This document shows, piece by piece, positions 34,802-47,995 of a stretch of DNA of 64,000 bases (the first letter of the stretch is position 1; each line of letters opens with the position of its first letter). The stretch lies in NCBI RefSeq assembly GCF_009914755.1, contig NC_060926.1; one strand, written 5' to 3'. The notes under the pieces were generated by a model that saw only the letters and a list, made by a program, of their open reading frames with translations, searched no databases and was not told where the DNA came from. This DNA is from the human T2T-CHM13v2.0 reference genome, Homo sapiens. A program made the position numbers and the translations under genes.

Positions 34802-34908
34802 CATGGCCTCACACCACTGTTACTTGGTGTACATGAGCAAAAACAGCAAGTCGTGAAATTTTTAATCAAGAAAAAAGCGAATTTAAATGCACTGGATAGA
34901 TATGGAAG
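34802..34908 (+). CDS. POTEE: POTE coding exon 4
   Basis: [35 protein letters not shown](R); TTTACAG acceptor, GTATAG donor; 107 nt. Confidence 0.9.
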
Positions 34909-36190
34909 GTATAGTTCTTTCTTTTAATCTGTGTGTTCTAGATGGACAGCAGTCACTCAAGTCATAAATATTAAATTAATAAGATTAATGTATACTTACT
35001 GGGATGTAGTGATCAGTATCAACACAAATCAGTTAGGTAGAAAAACAATTACTTGGGCTGGGCAACATAAAGAACAGTTTTAGTAGGATTCATCTTCTCT
35101 TATTATATTGACTGATGTTATTTGTTATGTGACATTTTTGGTTACATGATCTTATGTTAGCTTAAAGGATTTCATATTAATTTTATGAAGTTTGAACTTT
35201 AACTTTTAGTTTACTTTATGACTCAGTATTGAACTTCTTAACCCTTTCTAATAGTTTTTAACCTGTGTCTTACATGCTTTTCCATTAAATCTGCTGTATT
35301 AAACATAAATAGGGGTTGAAAATCCTTTTGTCTTTTTAATGACTTTGCTTTAAGTTGCTTTCTTTGAAGAATATTAGTGTTAGCTTATCCCTACATGACA
35401 ATTAATTGCTGTTCCCACATACTGTGGGTTCAACAGCTTTTTTCCTTTTGTTTTTCCAGTGTATTTTGATGTTTTTATTTTTAATTGGTATGGAGAGAGG
35501 GAGTGAAGATAGTTTTAAGTGGATACACTTTTCCTTTAATGAAGACAAGCCGTACGTGGGTGATAAAGAGAAAAGAGCTAGGCTTTGGATTCACACAAGA
35601 CTGGGTTTAATTAGTAACTTTCTTACTTGCTAGGTGTGTGACCTTGGGGACGTTATTTACCACCAAATATGTTGTCATATATGAAAAGTAGGAGAATATA
35701 TCCTTCAAAGTTGGCTGTGCATAAGTAAGAAAGATACATGTGGCATTTAATTCAGTGCCTAGCACATGGTTATTGGCACCATTAACTGAAACTCCTATGA
35801 CTACTATTCTTACCATTATTATTACTGCTTTGAGCATGCAGAGAGCTCTTATTTCTCTTACCCCCTAGCTGATTTTCTATTACAGCATGTCAGTCTAGGG
35901 AAGCTGTGACAAAATCTTCACTTAAATCTTTGTCCACCTCAGATAAGTGGCCCTAACATTGTTTCTTGCCCATCAAAGGACTTTAAATTAGTAGCTTCTG
36001 CTATGCAATACCCCACTGAGATAAGAGGGTTTTTTTTGGTCCCTTCCTTTTAACCTTGGTGGCATTTTACAAAGATGAACACTTGAGCACTCAAGATGCT
36101 TATGTCTTTTAGTGCATGTAAATGTTTGATTCTGCACAGACAGGCAAGATGTTACATTGGTAAAGTATATCAAATTAGCTTTAAAAATAA

Positions 36191-36361
<171 letters not shown>

Positions 36362-37585
36362 TAAGTGTTTACATTAAAAGGCTAGTTAATGCTGAATTGA
36401 GGTTTAAAATAATTATAACAGTTGCATCTCACATATCAGGTGAGATGTCATAGTTTGGTTCAGGTAGTTTTCGCGTGGCAGTGAGTTAGTCCCCTGCATC
36501 AGCCAGAAATCAGACAAAAAGCAAGACAAGTTAGAAGTACCAATGGGTGCGGGATTCTTTATCTCAGGACTTTTAAGATCTTTATCCTTAGAGATCCCAG
36601 CATTGTTCATTTGATCCAAGTGTAACACCTATGCAGGGATAAAAAATAGTGTCACATCTTTAATTTTTCTGATTAGTTATTTGGGTCTTGAAATGTCTAG
36701 TTTAGCGGAAAGTCTTGTACTGTCTTCTGGGGACTATGTCCTACATACTCCTTGAATTTTTCAAGAACCGAAGGAGTTCAGTAAATCCAAGGAAGACAGT
36801 CCCTTTTATCAAGTCAGAAGGAGGAGGAAAAAAGACATTGCAATCATTCTGTTGTTTCCGTTGATTTTGTTGCTGCTTTGTGGCCACTCAAACTGGTCCT
36901 GCTGCCTTAAGATGAATCAGTAGATTCAGATCCCTCAAGTCTTCATGGCGATTCATACAGTGACTTTGATGTTTTTTAATTCCCATACCTATGCTTATAT
37001 GCTCAGCCATTGTTCCCAGAGCACCAGCCCCCTGCTCTGGCCGCTGGGCATCTTGACTTTATCCGCACACAAAGTGACCAAATTGACCCTTCCCCACATA
37101 TTCAGAACCTAATGTGGAACCCACATCTTAGCCAGGAATTAGCTGAGACCTTCATGGTAAGAGATCCTTTGAGGCTGTTGTTGGTCTTTTCTCTGGCAGA
37201 TGTTAGGTGGGCTTGTTCTAAAGGGTGAGAGGGGTTTAAATAATGTGGCAGAAAGAGGTCAGTGTTTGTTTCCTCTTTGCTACCAGATCTGTACTGTGAG
37301 GCACCTTTATATCCTGTATAGAACCCAGTAGAAAGTCCCATATGAACCTTGCCCTGAGCAGTGGCTCCCAGCTGTGGTTGGCCCCTTGAGTGATCTGATT
37401 TACATGATAATGAAAATTGTCGGAGCTACTTCCATCTCTAGCTCAAGATTTTAAGATATTTTCAAACTCTAGCTCACAGGAAGCCATTGAAGAGAATTCT
37501 CAGAATCTCAGGTAGGTTAGTTGGACTTCACAGAGCCAAGCCTTGTCCATGACGCATCACTAATCATGTGTAAAAGTAGGGCTTT

Positions 37586-37691
37586 GTGCTTGCTTCGGCG
37601 GCACATATCCTAAAATTGGAACAATACGGGGAAAGTTAGCATGGCTTCTGCATAAGGAGGCAGCACAGATCTTTGAAGCATTCCATATTTT
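37586..37691 (+). pseudogene. Full-length U6 snRNA pseudogene (5' part of a chimeric retrocopy extending to ~37937)
   Basis: GTGCTTGCTTCGGCGGCACATATCCTAAAATTGGAACAATAC...TTAGCATGGC...GAAGCATTCCATATTTT aligns end to end with U6; ACAGAGA box mutated. Confidence 0.92.
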
Positions 37692-38814
37692 GTGCAGTCA
37701 CTGGAAGGTCATTTGACTATTTGCTGACTAGCTCTGAGGAAATAGTGTGAATCAAAGCAAAATGGGTGCCACCCAAATATTGAAATTGTGATTTGTGCTG
37801 CAAAAATAGTCATGTAAGATGGTCTGTGAGATGACTTAGACCTGAATAACATGTTCGGTGCAAAATATATTGTTAGTATGTATGTCGAAAATTACAGAAT
37901 GTCAGCTTGCTACTTCTCCGTGGAAACTAAAAAAAAATAAAAGTAGACTTTTGGTCTCCCATGTCAGCTGGAATTGAACATCAATATAAAGCATTATCCT
38001 AACAGACATCTACTGGCTGAGAGTTTGAGTCTGTAGAGAAGGATCGTTGGTCCAAGTCAGGTCTTAACATCCATTGGTTTTTCTGCCCTTGGTGTGATTG
38101 ATCAACTCCGTAATAGTGGACAATCACATTATCTACTTTAATGAGATATTTATGAATAAATTTAGTTACAAACTATGACATAGTTGAGATGCCCTGAATT
38201 ATAAGCCATAAAGAGTAGGACAACTAAGAAGCAAAATTAGGACTTAATAACATTTTCTGAAAACTACAACATTTGTATATTAGAACCTATGAACAAAATA
38301 TGCATTGGGTTTTATTTGGGATTCCAAGATAATTTTAGTCATAAAGTTTAGGAACAGATTATTCCATTGCTTTACTATTTCTCTGAGCATTTAAAAAATG
38401 TTATCTCGTTAAACCTTTATAACAACCTAGTGAAATAAGGCAGCAAAGTCCTCACTTTGTTGAAGAAGACATTGAGCCTAAGAGAAGCAAGTTGTCCAAG
38501 AACAAATAGCTGTTCATTATGGAGCTAGGACTTATTTAGAGTTGGGACACTTTCTATTATGTCATGCTAATGCTAGCTAATTTACTGGGTCACAGTGCCC
38601 TCGATTTATGACTATTTCACCTTACATTTTTTTCTTCTTTAATTAGAAGCTTAAAGAGAAGTTTGTAGAATGTACTCATAAGTGGATGGGATAATACTAT
38701 TAAGTTCTGTTATTCTGATATTGTTTGAAATACTCTTAATAATTCTACATTTGGTAAGTTTTTTTTATATCAGTATTAAAATAGTAATTTGGTTTATTAC
38801 ATTTTTATACATAG

Positions 38815-38885
38815 AATTTGCCAGTTACTTTCTGACTACAAAGAAAAACAGATGCTAAAAATCTCTTCTGAAAACAGCAATCCAG
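38815..38885 (+). CDS. POTEE: POTE coding exon 6
   Basis: [23 protein letters not shown]; CATAG acceptor, GTAAGA donor; 71 nt. Confidence 0.88.
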
Positions 38886-38915
38886 GTAAGACTTGTGATA
38901 GTGAATTACTTTAGT

Positions 38916-39442
38916 CAGTTGTCCCCAACCTTTTTGACACCAGGGACCGGTTTTGTGGAAGACAATTTTTCCATGGGCTGGGGGAGGGTGGGGATGGTTT
39001 CAGGATTATTCAATCATGTTACATTTATTGTGCTACTTTATATTATTATCACATTGTAATATATAATGAAATAATTATACAACTTACCATAATGTAGAAT
39101 CCGTGGAAGCTCTGAACTTATTTTTCTGCAACTGGATGGTCTCATCTGGGGGCAAAGTGAGACAGTGACAGATCATCAGGCATTAGATTCTCATACGAAG
39201 CACACAACCTAGATCCCTCAGATGGGCAGTTCACAACAGGGTTCATGCTCCAATGAGTATCTAATGCTATCACTGATCTGACTGGAGGCAGAGTACAGGC
39301 GGTAATATGAGCCATAAGGAGTGGCTGTAAATACAGATGAAGCTTCCCTGGCTTGCCTGCTGCTCACCTCCTCCTGTGTGGTGTGGTTCATAATAGTCCA
39401 TGGACTGGTATGAGTCTGTGGCCTGGGAGTTGAGGACCCCTG
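38916..39442 (+). mobile_element. MER1A (hAT-Charlie)
   Basis: CAG..GTCCCCAACCTTTTTGACACCAGGGACCGGTTTTGTGGAAGACAATTTTTCC...GTTGAGGACCCCTG; 527 bp with terminal inverted repeats. Confidence 0.85.
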
Positions 39443-41181
39443 CTTTGCGTGGTCCTACCATAGATAAAAAAGTAAAAGTAAGGAATTTTTGATCACAAAA
39501 GAACACTGAAGCACAAGTCATGTTACATATGCTTGTCCCAATAAGGTCTCACTATTACTGACTTCATTCCTCCTCATTTGAAGTTGGAAAGAGATATATT
39601 TACTTTGTTGGAACAAGATGTGTTCTTCTACCTGCTGGTTAATTGTCATCATAACAGTAATTTTGTTAGAACAAGATGCTCTGCTACCATTTGCCAAAAG
39701 ATTGTCATAATAAATATACAAATTGCCCAACTCTAGGCTCAGCAGATTATAATAAAAGCAGAAAAACGTTTCACACTAACAAAAACGCTAGTATGCTACC
39801 TGGTTGTGGACACCTAATACATTTATAGTCCAAACTGTATGAGGACACCTTTAATTTAGCCATCTATTTTTCAAAGAGCTTTTGTAAGTTAGGTTTTATA
39901 AGTTGCAGGAGACAAAGATGGAATAGATGTAGTTTTGATCTTTAAGGTGCTCATAATAGAGCTGTCTCCATTTCATTTCTGTGGTTTTTCAACAGAATTT
40001 ACAAAGAAAACATTTCTATTTATGTTTTCACTTGTCCACTTAACATATAACTATCAAATGTCTTTTAGATAGTAACCATTTTTCTAATGCTATAGACCAC
40101 AAACAATTAAAAATACAGACAGGAGCTTTTTGTTATCATTGTCATTTTCATTATTTTACTACTTTATTCAGTGCTTACTGTGTGCTAGATGCCCACTGGA
40201 AGCTTATAATTATGATTTATTATATATTGATTATGTGCCAGACATATGTGATGAGGAATGAAAGTTTTGGGAAAAAGTAGGTATGATTTAAGGTAAGCAT
40301 GCAGAGAGAGAAGAATTTTTCTAGGTAAAGAAGCAGAAGAAGAATGTTTGGCAGAAGGAACATGCAGCGAGGTCGTGTGTTTGCCAGAAGGAACATCTAA
40401 TGAGATTGCCTGTTTGGGAGGAAGAGCAGCAAGTGCAAAAGACAAGATGCTTGAGTGAACATGGCAGGGTTTCTGAGCAGTTCACTTTTGCTAGTACCAA
40501 AAGTGTGTGATACGAGAGGTTGGGAATGAGGTGAATACTTAGCTAAGGCAAGTTTATGATAGACTTTTTAATACTATAGAAATGAGTAGGTCTTATCCTG
40601 TGTGCCATGGGAAATTTACCGGGTAGAATGCTTTGGACTGCAAATACTAGATGAACAGTGGCTAAAACAGTAGGAACCAGAGTTGTTTTGGTTGTTCATT
40701 GATATCCTAGGATCCCACTTTTCCCTCTTTCAGCTGTGCTGTTGACAGTGTTTTATTCACGTCTCCCTTCATGGTTGGCTAATCCGCAGCAGCTCCAAAC
40801 ATCTTGTTCTCACAACACAACATTGCAAGGGCTGCTTTTCTTCACATGTGTCTTTTAAACAGGGAGAAAACTTAGAAGCATGCAAAGGGCTTCCTGTAAC
40901 ATTTCACTGGCTGGGTCACACCACATGCTCATTCCCAAACCAGGCACTGGGAAGGTAAATACCTGATTAGCTTAGAATAATCATTTCTGTTTCTGAGGCT
41001 GAGGAGGGGGATTGGGATAATAAATATCCCAATAGACTTGGATTTCTTCTTCAAGAAAGAATAAGGAATGGCTATTGATAGGGAGCCAACAATGTGTGCT
41101 GCAGGGGCTCATTGGAGAAATTTGAGCAGGGGAGTCATAAGATTAAATCTGAGTATTAAGGCATTCTGGTTATGGTGTAAA

Positions 41182-41398
41182 ACGGGTTAGCAAGCTTTTT
41201 CTGTAAATGGCCAGTTGGGCAATATTTTAGACTATGTGGTCTCTGTCATATCTACTTAACCCTGCTGTTGTCTGCTGTTGTAGTGTGAAAGCCACCATGA
41301 TTATATGTAAGCAAACAGGCATGACTGAGCTCCTATAAAACTTTATTTACAAAACCATAATGCAGATTGGATTTGGCCTGTGGCCTATAGTTTGCTGG
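41182..41398 (+). mobile_element. MER58A
   Basis: GCAAGCTTTTTCTGTAAATGGCCAG...AATATTTTAG...ATAAAACTTTATTTACAAAA...GGATTTGGCC. Confidence 0.7.
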
Positions 41399-43493
41399 GA
41401 TTGATGGAAGGTTCTTTACCCTGTAAAGAAACCAGGAGACAAAGGAAGTTTTCGCAGTAGTCAGTTATAGTTTCCTTGTCATACATCCTTGGAGTAGCAT
41501 CAATGTATTACAAGGTTTTCACCCGTCCTTAGTGAAATACATAAAGTTAGGAATCTCAACTACTTGTTTTAATATGTTGGCCTTTGTTTTTTTGGTGTTA
41601 TGCTTTTTTCATTTGTTTTGCTTAATTTTTTTCATGTAAGAAATAACATTAATAGTTGGCAGGCTTTTTTTTAAATAAAAGCCATTTTGTAAATGTTTGT
41701 GTTCCCAGTGGCAGTGGGAATATAAAGCAGAGGCAGAAGAGCGGTATCGTCAATATGATTTAGTGATAATTGAATGAGAAAGGCTTGGGGGACAGAGAGA
41801 AATGTCAGATAATTTCCAGGTTTCCAGGTTGTACAGTAGTATTTAACCTGGATGTGAGGACGAAGGAGGAAATTTTCTGGTGAATACAGAAGAGCAAAGA
41901 GCAGCAGGTCAGCAGGAATGACTAATGTTTTTCTATGCACGTTTAATGGAAAATTCATGTAGGATATTTTGAGTAGGTAATTGGATAACCAGCATTTATA
42001 ACTCGCATCCTACTAGTTTGACTCTCACTAATAAGACTTGTCAAAGATCCAAGAATCTGAAAGTTGATGATAAATGTCCATGTGTATCACCATCAATGAT
42101 CAAAAGTTAGCATCCACAACATAGAATGGGACAGATGAACTTAATGGATAAAGATGAATATCGGAGTTGTTCCTTTTAGGGAATGATACTCTCCATGACC
42201 TGTGTGAGTCACAGCTGCCAGAAAAGAGCGAGCAAGGAGCATATGAAGGCAGCACAGCAAATTCAGTCCTAGAGTGCCCTGCTTGACTTCATGTCATAGT
42301 TCTGACTTCTAAAAAATCATTTTCTGCAAAATACACTTTGATTTTTTCCCCGCTTGCAGCCTGCAACCAAACAGAATCCCTTTAGCAGGGCATTTTTGTG
42401 TTCTTCCTTTAAACAAAGCAATATATAAATAACAAAATGAAAAAAGAGAAAGAATGTTTTTTGTATAGGCTAGTATTTAACATAAACTTGAGAGTGAGTA
42501 CCAGGATTATAGTTAGAATTTACGGACTGGGTAGGAAGACTGGATAGAAATCTAAAGATTGCTGACTCAAACACAATGTGGTTTCTTTGCTTTATTGTCA
42601 CAGCTCTGAATTCACAATTATTAGTTAAATTCATAGGCACTATAACTTTAGAAAGCACCTTCCCAAACCAAGTATTAAGTGATTTATTATAATTTCTCTG
42701 ACTTCTTATAGAATTGACTTTCCAAGTGTTCATGAGAATTATTGAGAATTTGCTACATAGTATCATCTCAGCTGTGTCCACATGAGCTATCTGTCACCTT
42801 GTCTTAATGAATAATGGTTCACTAGGAATATTGGTTTTGGCATTTAAAGTGATCTATATCTAAATGCAGATAGGATCGGGGACCACTCTTGAACATTAAT
42901 GTCCAGGCATCTTAAAATTACACATAAGGCTTTCATAATCTGACTTCTGCCCCACTCTCCATCTTTAGGCCTTTTCCCTGTGTGCCCTTTCTCTGGCATT
43001 ACTGAGCTGCTGGCAATGCCCTACTCACTCATCCTCCTATTGTAGGCAAATACTTTCACTCTTTCAGGCCTCGCTCCCGCTCTTGCTGCTGCGTGGCATG
43101 CCGTCACCCTTTCCTGCCCTCTACCCCTTTTAATCTGGCTAGTCTCAATATTTAAGTCTCTGCTTGGGCATGTTTTCTAGAAAAGCCATCCCTGACATGC
43201 TTTATTTTAATTGTTTTTAAACCCTAATGCCTAGCATGTATTTAGCAGGACTCAATAAGAAATTTCTGAGTAAAATGTGAGTAAGATGATGCTCAAGACT
43301 GTCCTCTGCAGTCTTGGAGCAGACGGGACAGACATGTGGAGGAATAATGTAGAGTTCAGGTGGTAAAGATGCAGTAGAAAAATCAGTGAAGTACTAAGGC
43401 AGCCTCAAGGAAGGAGGTACCTGTTTATCTGGGGAAAGACATGCAGAATCAAGGAAGACGTTCTCATAGCATTGTTTTAAAAGATAAAAATAA

Positions 43494-43810
43494 GGACAAG
43501 TGTGGTGGCTCACACCTCTAATCCCAGCATTTTGGGAGGCTGGAGCAGGCAGATCACAAGGTCAAAAGATCAGGACCATCATGGCCAATGGTGAAACCCC
43601 GTCTCTACTAAAAACATGAAAATTAGCTGGGCATGATGGTACATGCCTGTAATCCCAGCTTCTCTGGAGACTGAGACAGGAGAATCGCTTGAACCAGGGA
43701 GTGTCAGAGGTTGCAGTGAGCTGAGATTGCGCCACTGCACTCCAGCCTGGTGACAGAGCAAGACCCTGGCTCAAAAAAAAAAAAAAAAAAAAAAGAAAGA
43801 AAAAAGAAAA
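43494..43810 (+). mobile_element. AluSc-like, shared by both duplicate copies
   Basis: Full Alu; counterpart at 58014-58312. Confidence 0.85.
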
Positions 43811-43915
43811 TAAATGTGTCAGAATAGTGGAGGGAAACATTTTAGATATTGGGAAGACATTGTACACTAATAAAGGTGTCAGTAGTAATTTTTGAAATCA
43901 TTTGTAAGGTACTAT

Positions 43916-44407
43916 TGTTGCAGAAAACAGGAGGCAGGAGAGACCAAGTGGGTGAAACAGGAGGATTTCATTTAGGTTCGCAACAGCTCAGCAGATTTGC
44001 ATCCGAAAGCTGAGCCCTGAACAAAGACACGGCTTGGCTTGTGTAGGCAAGCTTACAGAAGCAGAACAAAGGCAGTTAATCATATAGTGACAGTTTTGCA
44101 ACCTCAGCATAGCTTATGACCTTGCAGCTGCATTGAAGGACAACAGGAACTTGCAAATAGTATGCATTTGTAAAAACAGCTCGGAGTGAATGCTGAGGGG
44201 AAGGGGAGACAGTAAAGGATTTTGTTTTCTTAACCTTGCTCTGGGATGTCTGGAGCCCATACCTGTGGGCTCTAGCTTCTCAGGCAGGGTCACCACGACC
44301 TTTCCTGGGCCCTGCTTGTTACTATCCTTAGAGTCAGACTAGCTAAGTGCGGGAAAACTTGTTTCTCTTTAAAACTAAATTTCCTTTTCTTTACATTTAC
44401 TGCTTCA
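43916..44407 (-). mobile_element. Solo LTR (ERV1 class), present only in duplicate copy 1
   Basis: TG...CA termini, 4-bp TSD CTAT (43912-43915, 44408-44411), 492 bp; empty site GTACTATTAGGAAG at ~58411; orientation inferred from a degenerate poly(A) signal on the minus strand. Confidence 0.85.
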
Positions 44408-44712
44408 CTATTAGGAAGTGGAGAACAACATACTGTGTTACCTTACATGCTTCTACTGTATTTTAAAGTTGTGTTTCTGGTGGTTTTGTTCATTTATGTT
44501 GGGTGGATGAATTTGTGAGTGAATGACATCAGGTGTCTCCCCAAGTGGTTTGTTGAAGTTTGGGAGAATTATTTCCTAAATAACTATTTCGTGAAAAACT
44601 AAACACTCAATTTATGAAATAAAATGTTGTCTTAAATATATTTTTATAAAGGCAATAGTTTTTAACTGTTCTAAGTGGTTCATTTTAACTGAATATATGG
44701 ATTTCTCAACAG

Positions 44713-44783
44713 AACAAGACTTAAAGCTGACATCAGAGGAAGAGTCACAAAGGTTCAAAGGCAGTGAAAATAGCCAGCCAGAG
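44713..44783 (+). CDS. POTEE: POTE coding exon 7 (GC donor)
   Basis: (E)QDLKLTSEEESQRFKGSENSQPE; CAACAG acceptor; GAG|GCATGG donor; 71 nt. Confidence 0.82.
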
Positions 44784-46174
44784 GCATGGGAAATTTTAAA
44801 TTTAAATTTTTGATTTAATGTTGTTTTCTTTGCTTTAATAATATTAGATAGTCCAAATGAAATTACCTTTCAGACTAGGTTTTGAGAATCAATAGATTTT
44901 TTAAAGAATTTTTTAATAGATTGTTAAAATTTATTTTAATAAATTCAGTAATCTCATTAACAGAAGAATGGATTCTAATTTAACATTTGATATTTAACTT
45001 AAAAAACATAACCACTATAAAATTTAAAATACTCTTATAATATTTTTATTTAAAATACTCTCATCTGCCTTTTTGATTAGCTTATAGCTAATCTTTCCTT
45101 TTGGAATAGAGGCAAAAACAAATTTCAGAACTTTGTTCTTTTATTTTTACAACACCCGAACATGATGAAGAAGGTACATCAATTATTGGATTATGTTATT
45201 AAGCAATAGAATTATGAACAATGTAACTCTGATGGTCCCTGAGCTGGATTCATGGTTAAGGAGTAATCATGGCCAGTGATTGAAAATCTGCAGTTTTATA
45301 TTGTCAGTCACTGTGATACCAAGGTTAAAAATATATTCTGCCTTATGGTCTCTCGTTGACCTCAGCGTTTCTGTTCAGGGAGGGAACCAGGTCATAAAAG
45401 CAACACAGCTGCCTATTACAAGAATCATATCTTGCAGAATGGAACCTTTGGTGTTAGTGCACAAACACAATAACATTCTAATTTATTTCAGTTGCAGAAA
45501 ATTAGTACATATTATTAAAAAATCTTTATCCACTGTAATTAGTACACATTAGAATATATTAGAACTGGACTTAAGCAGATAATCTGGATACATAACACTA
45601 TCATATGACAGTATATAATCTCAATTAAAATTTGAGAATTTGCATCTCTTTCTGTTTGGTGTTGATTTCGGCTCCTAATAATTTAAATGGTGCCTACAAT
45701 CCAGTTAGGAATCTTTTAGAAAAGCACTTCAGTGCACTGTAGGGGCTCACTAGTTAGGGTTTCATGAGGTAAACTCTTTTCAAGTGAGGAAGGTTTTGGA
45801 ACACTACAAATCATCTGCTGATTCATTTTTGGTAGATTTAACACATAACAAATTAAGTTTAGTCCAAACAAATGGTGACCAAATTAAGTTTGCTGGTTCA
45901 CGTTTTTTTTCTTCCTTGGGCTAAGGTGAATTATTTTTCACATGTTAGTCAGAAGCCAGTAATGTGGCAGTAGCTAAACATAGATTAAAAAGTTAATTCT
46001 TAATTTTAATTATTATTTATTTAACAGTTAAATTTTAATTTTAATTATTTTCTAATTTTTCATTGTCCATACTTGATTAGTTAAGAATAAAATTTTTTTA
46101 AAACATGCGCTCCAAAAGAGGAGACATCACAGAAACACAACAAGCAAATTAACCTTCTGTTTTTGCCTCTGCAG

Positions 46175-46219
46175 AAAATGTCTCAAGAACTAGAAATAAA
46201 TAAGGATGGTGATAGAGAG
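46175..46219 (+). CDS. POTEE: POTE coding exon 8
   Basis: KMSQELEINKDGDRE; CTGCAG acceptor, GTATAC donor; 45 nt. Confidence 0.85.
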
Positions 46220-47258
46220 GTATACCTTCATATTCAAATGTTTCTGTTGAATTAGATTTTTACATTATGTTGTTTAACAAAATGTAGTAAGTGTAGGCAT
46301 ACATGATCCTATCATGTAAGTAGCATAAATCATCAGTGAAAAAGTTAATATTTAACTCAGAAAGAATTCTGTACATTGAGTTTTCAAGAGATACAAAGCC
46401 TAGAGATATTCTTTGATTATTATGGAACAATCCTGAATGGTGCTATAAAATGCTAGGTAATGCCACTTTAGGAGCTTTGGACCAATCATTTTATCTTTCT
46501 TGGTTTTAGTCTGATTATCAATAGATAATGTGGCTAAAGAAGATAGCTTTTTATTCTGTGTATCTTCCAGCTAGAAAATTGTATGGCTATTCAATGTGAA
46601 ATTTGGGGAGCATCTCATTTTCTGGAATTCCATGCTTGCACGTCAGCAGTTTCACTCTGCTTCTTGTGTTGTGGCAAACTTTGGCTCCCATTTTCAGTGA
46701 GCACCATCATGTTTTTGATATCCCAGCAACCAAATGAAAAAAGAATGCTCAAAGGCAGTGGGGTAGAAGAATATCTTAGCGCAGAAAAGGGCAAACTTCC
46801 TTTCTATTCCTGAAGCCGCACAGTGTGTCATCCTCTAAATCTGACTGTTTAATGTAAAATCTAGGTGGTAAAGACGGAAGAGGACACATTTTGCATCTTT
46901 GTCTTTTTATTTGTGTGTTCCCATGAATCAAATGGGGTAAATACATACATAAGATTCTGAAGAGTGATTGAGAATAAAAGCACAAAATGAAGGAGGGCCC
47001 TTTTTGAATTTTGGAAAATTCTGTTTCATTCATTGAAACAGAAATGAAGCAAACTTTACAAAAATTTCTGTGATATATTAATGAGATGATAATTACATCT
47101 TAAAGTTATATGGTAATATTTCTATATATATGATCAAATTTAAGTGTGAAATATTTTTAATGACTAAAATAATGACAAACTGAGTCAATTGATAGAATCA
47201 ATTAAAAAGGTTCTTTTTATTCAATAAAGTGATAACTATCCTTAATATCCCACTCAAG

Positions 47259-47425
47259 GTTGAAGAAGAAATGAAGAAGCATGAAAGTAATAATGTGGGA
47301 TTACTAGAAAACCTGACTAATGGTGTCACTGCTGGCAATGGTGATAATGGATTAATTCCTCAAAGGAAGAGCAGAACACCTGAAAATCAGCAATTTCCTG
47401 ACAACGAAAGTGAAGAGTATCACAG
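47259..47425 (+). CDS. POTEE: POTE coding exon 9
   Basis: [55 protein letters not shown](R); CTCAAG acceptor, GTAAGC donor; 167 nt. Confidence 0.88.
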
Positions 47426-47664
47426 GTAAGCCTATGGCAACATTGAATAGAAGATAACTATGTGCTGTCAAACTAACCCTAATTTGGGCTAATATTCATG
47501 ATGAACAAATTTTATAGTTTTACTAGGATATTCAGCCTTGCCCGTTAATCAGAAAAATGAAAATCAGCGAACAATGAGTTACCATTTTTCCAGGCATTAA
47601 TTTATTTGAAAAATAACCAGTATTGGCAAATGTGAGGGAAAAGGCATTTTCTTTTCTTTTTAGT

Positions 47665-47995
47665 GAACTTTTCTTTTAGTTTCAGGGGTACATGTGCAGG
47701 GTTATTATATAGGTAAAGTGTATCATGGAGATTTGGACGGCAGATTATTTCATCAGCCACATAATAAGCAAAACACCAAAAGTTAGTTTTTTGGTCGTCT
47801 CCCTCCCGCGACGCTCCACCTTCAAGTAGACCCTGGTGCCTGTTATTCTCCTCTTTGTGTCCATGAGTTCTCATTATTTAGTTCCCACTAATGAGTAAGA
47901 ATATGTGGCATTTGATCTTCTGTTCCTGCATTAGTTTGCTTAGGATAATGGCCTCCAGCTCCATCTGTGTTGCTGCAAAAGAAATGGTTTCATTG
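47665..47995 (-). mobile_element. L1PA/L1PB 3' end fragment (counterpart at ~61315-61643)
   Basis: GGGGTACATGTGCAGG...TTAGGATAATGGCCTCCAGCTCCATC. Confidence 0.8.

Noticed and set aside
37586-37691. Functional U6 snRNA gene
   Set aside because: ACAGAGA box and other positions are mutated, no upstream PSE/TATA is evident, and it is flanked by a TSD
44713-44725. Possible difference from the reference POTEE protein (EQDLK here; I recall EQELK)
   Set aside because: My recall of that residue is not reliable enough to call a variant without a database comparison
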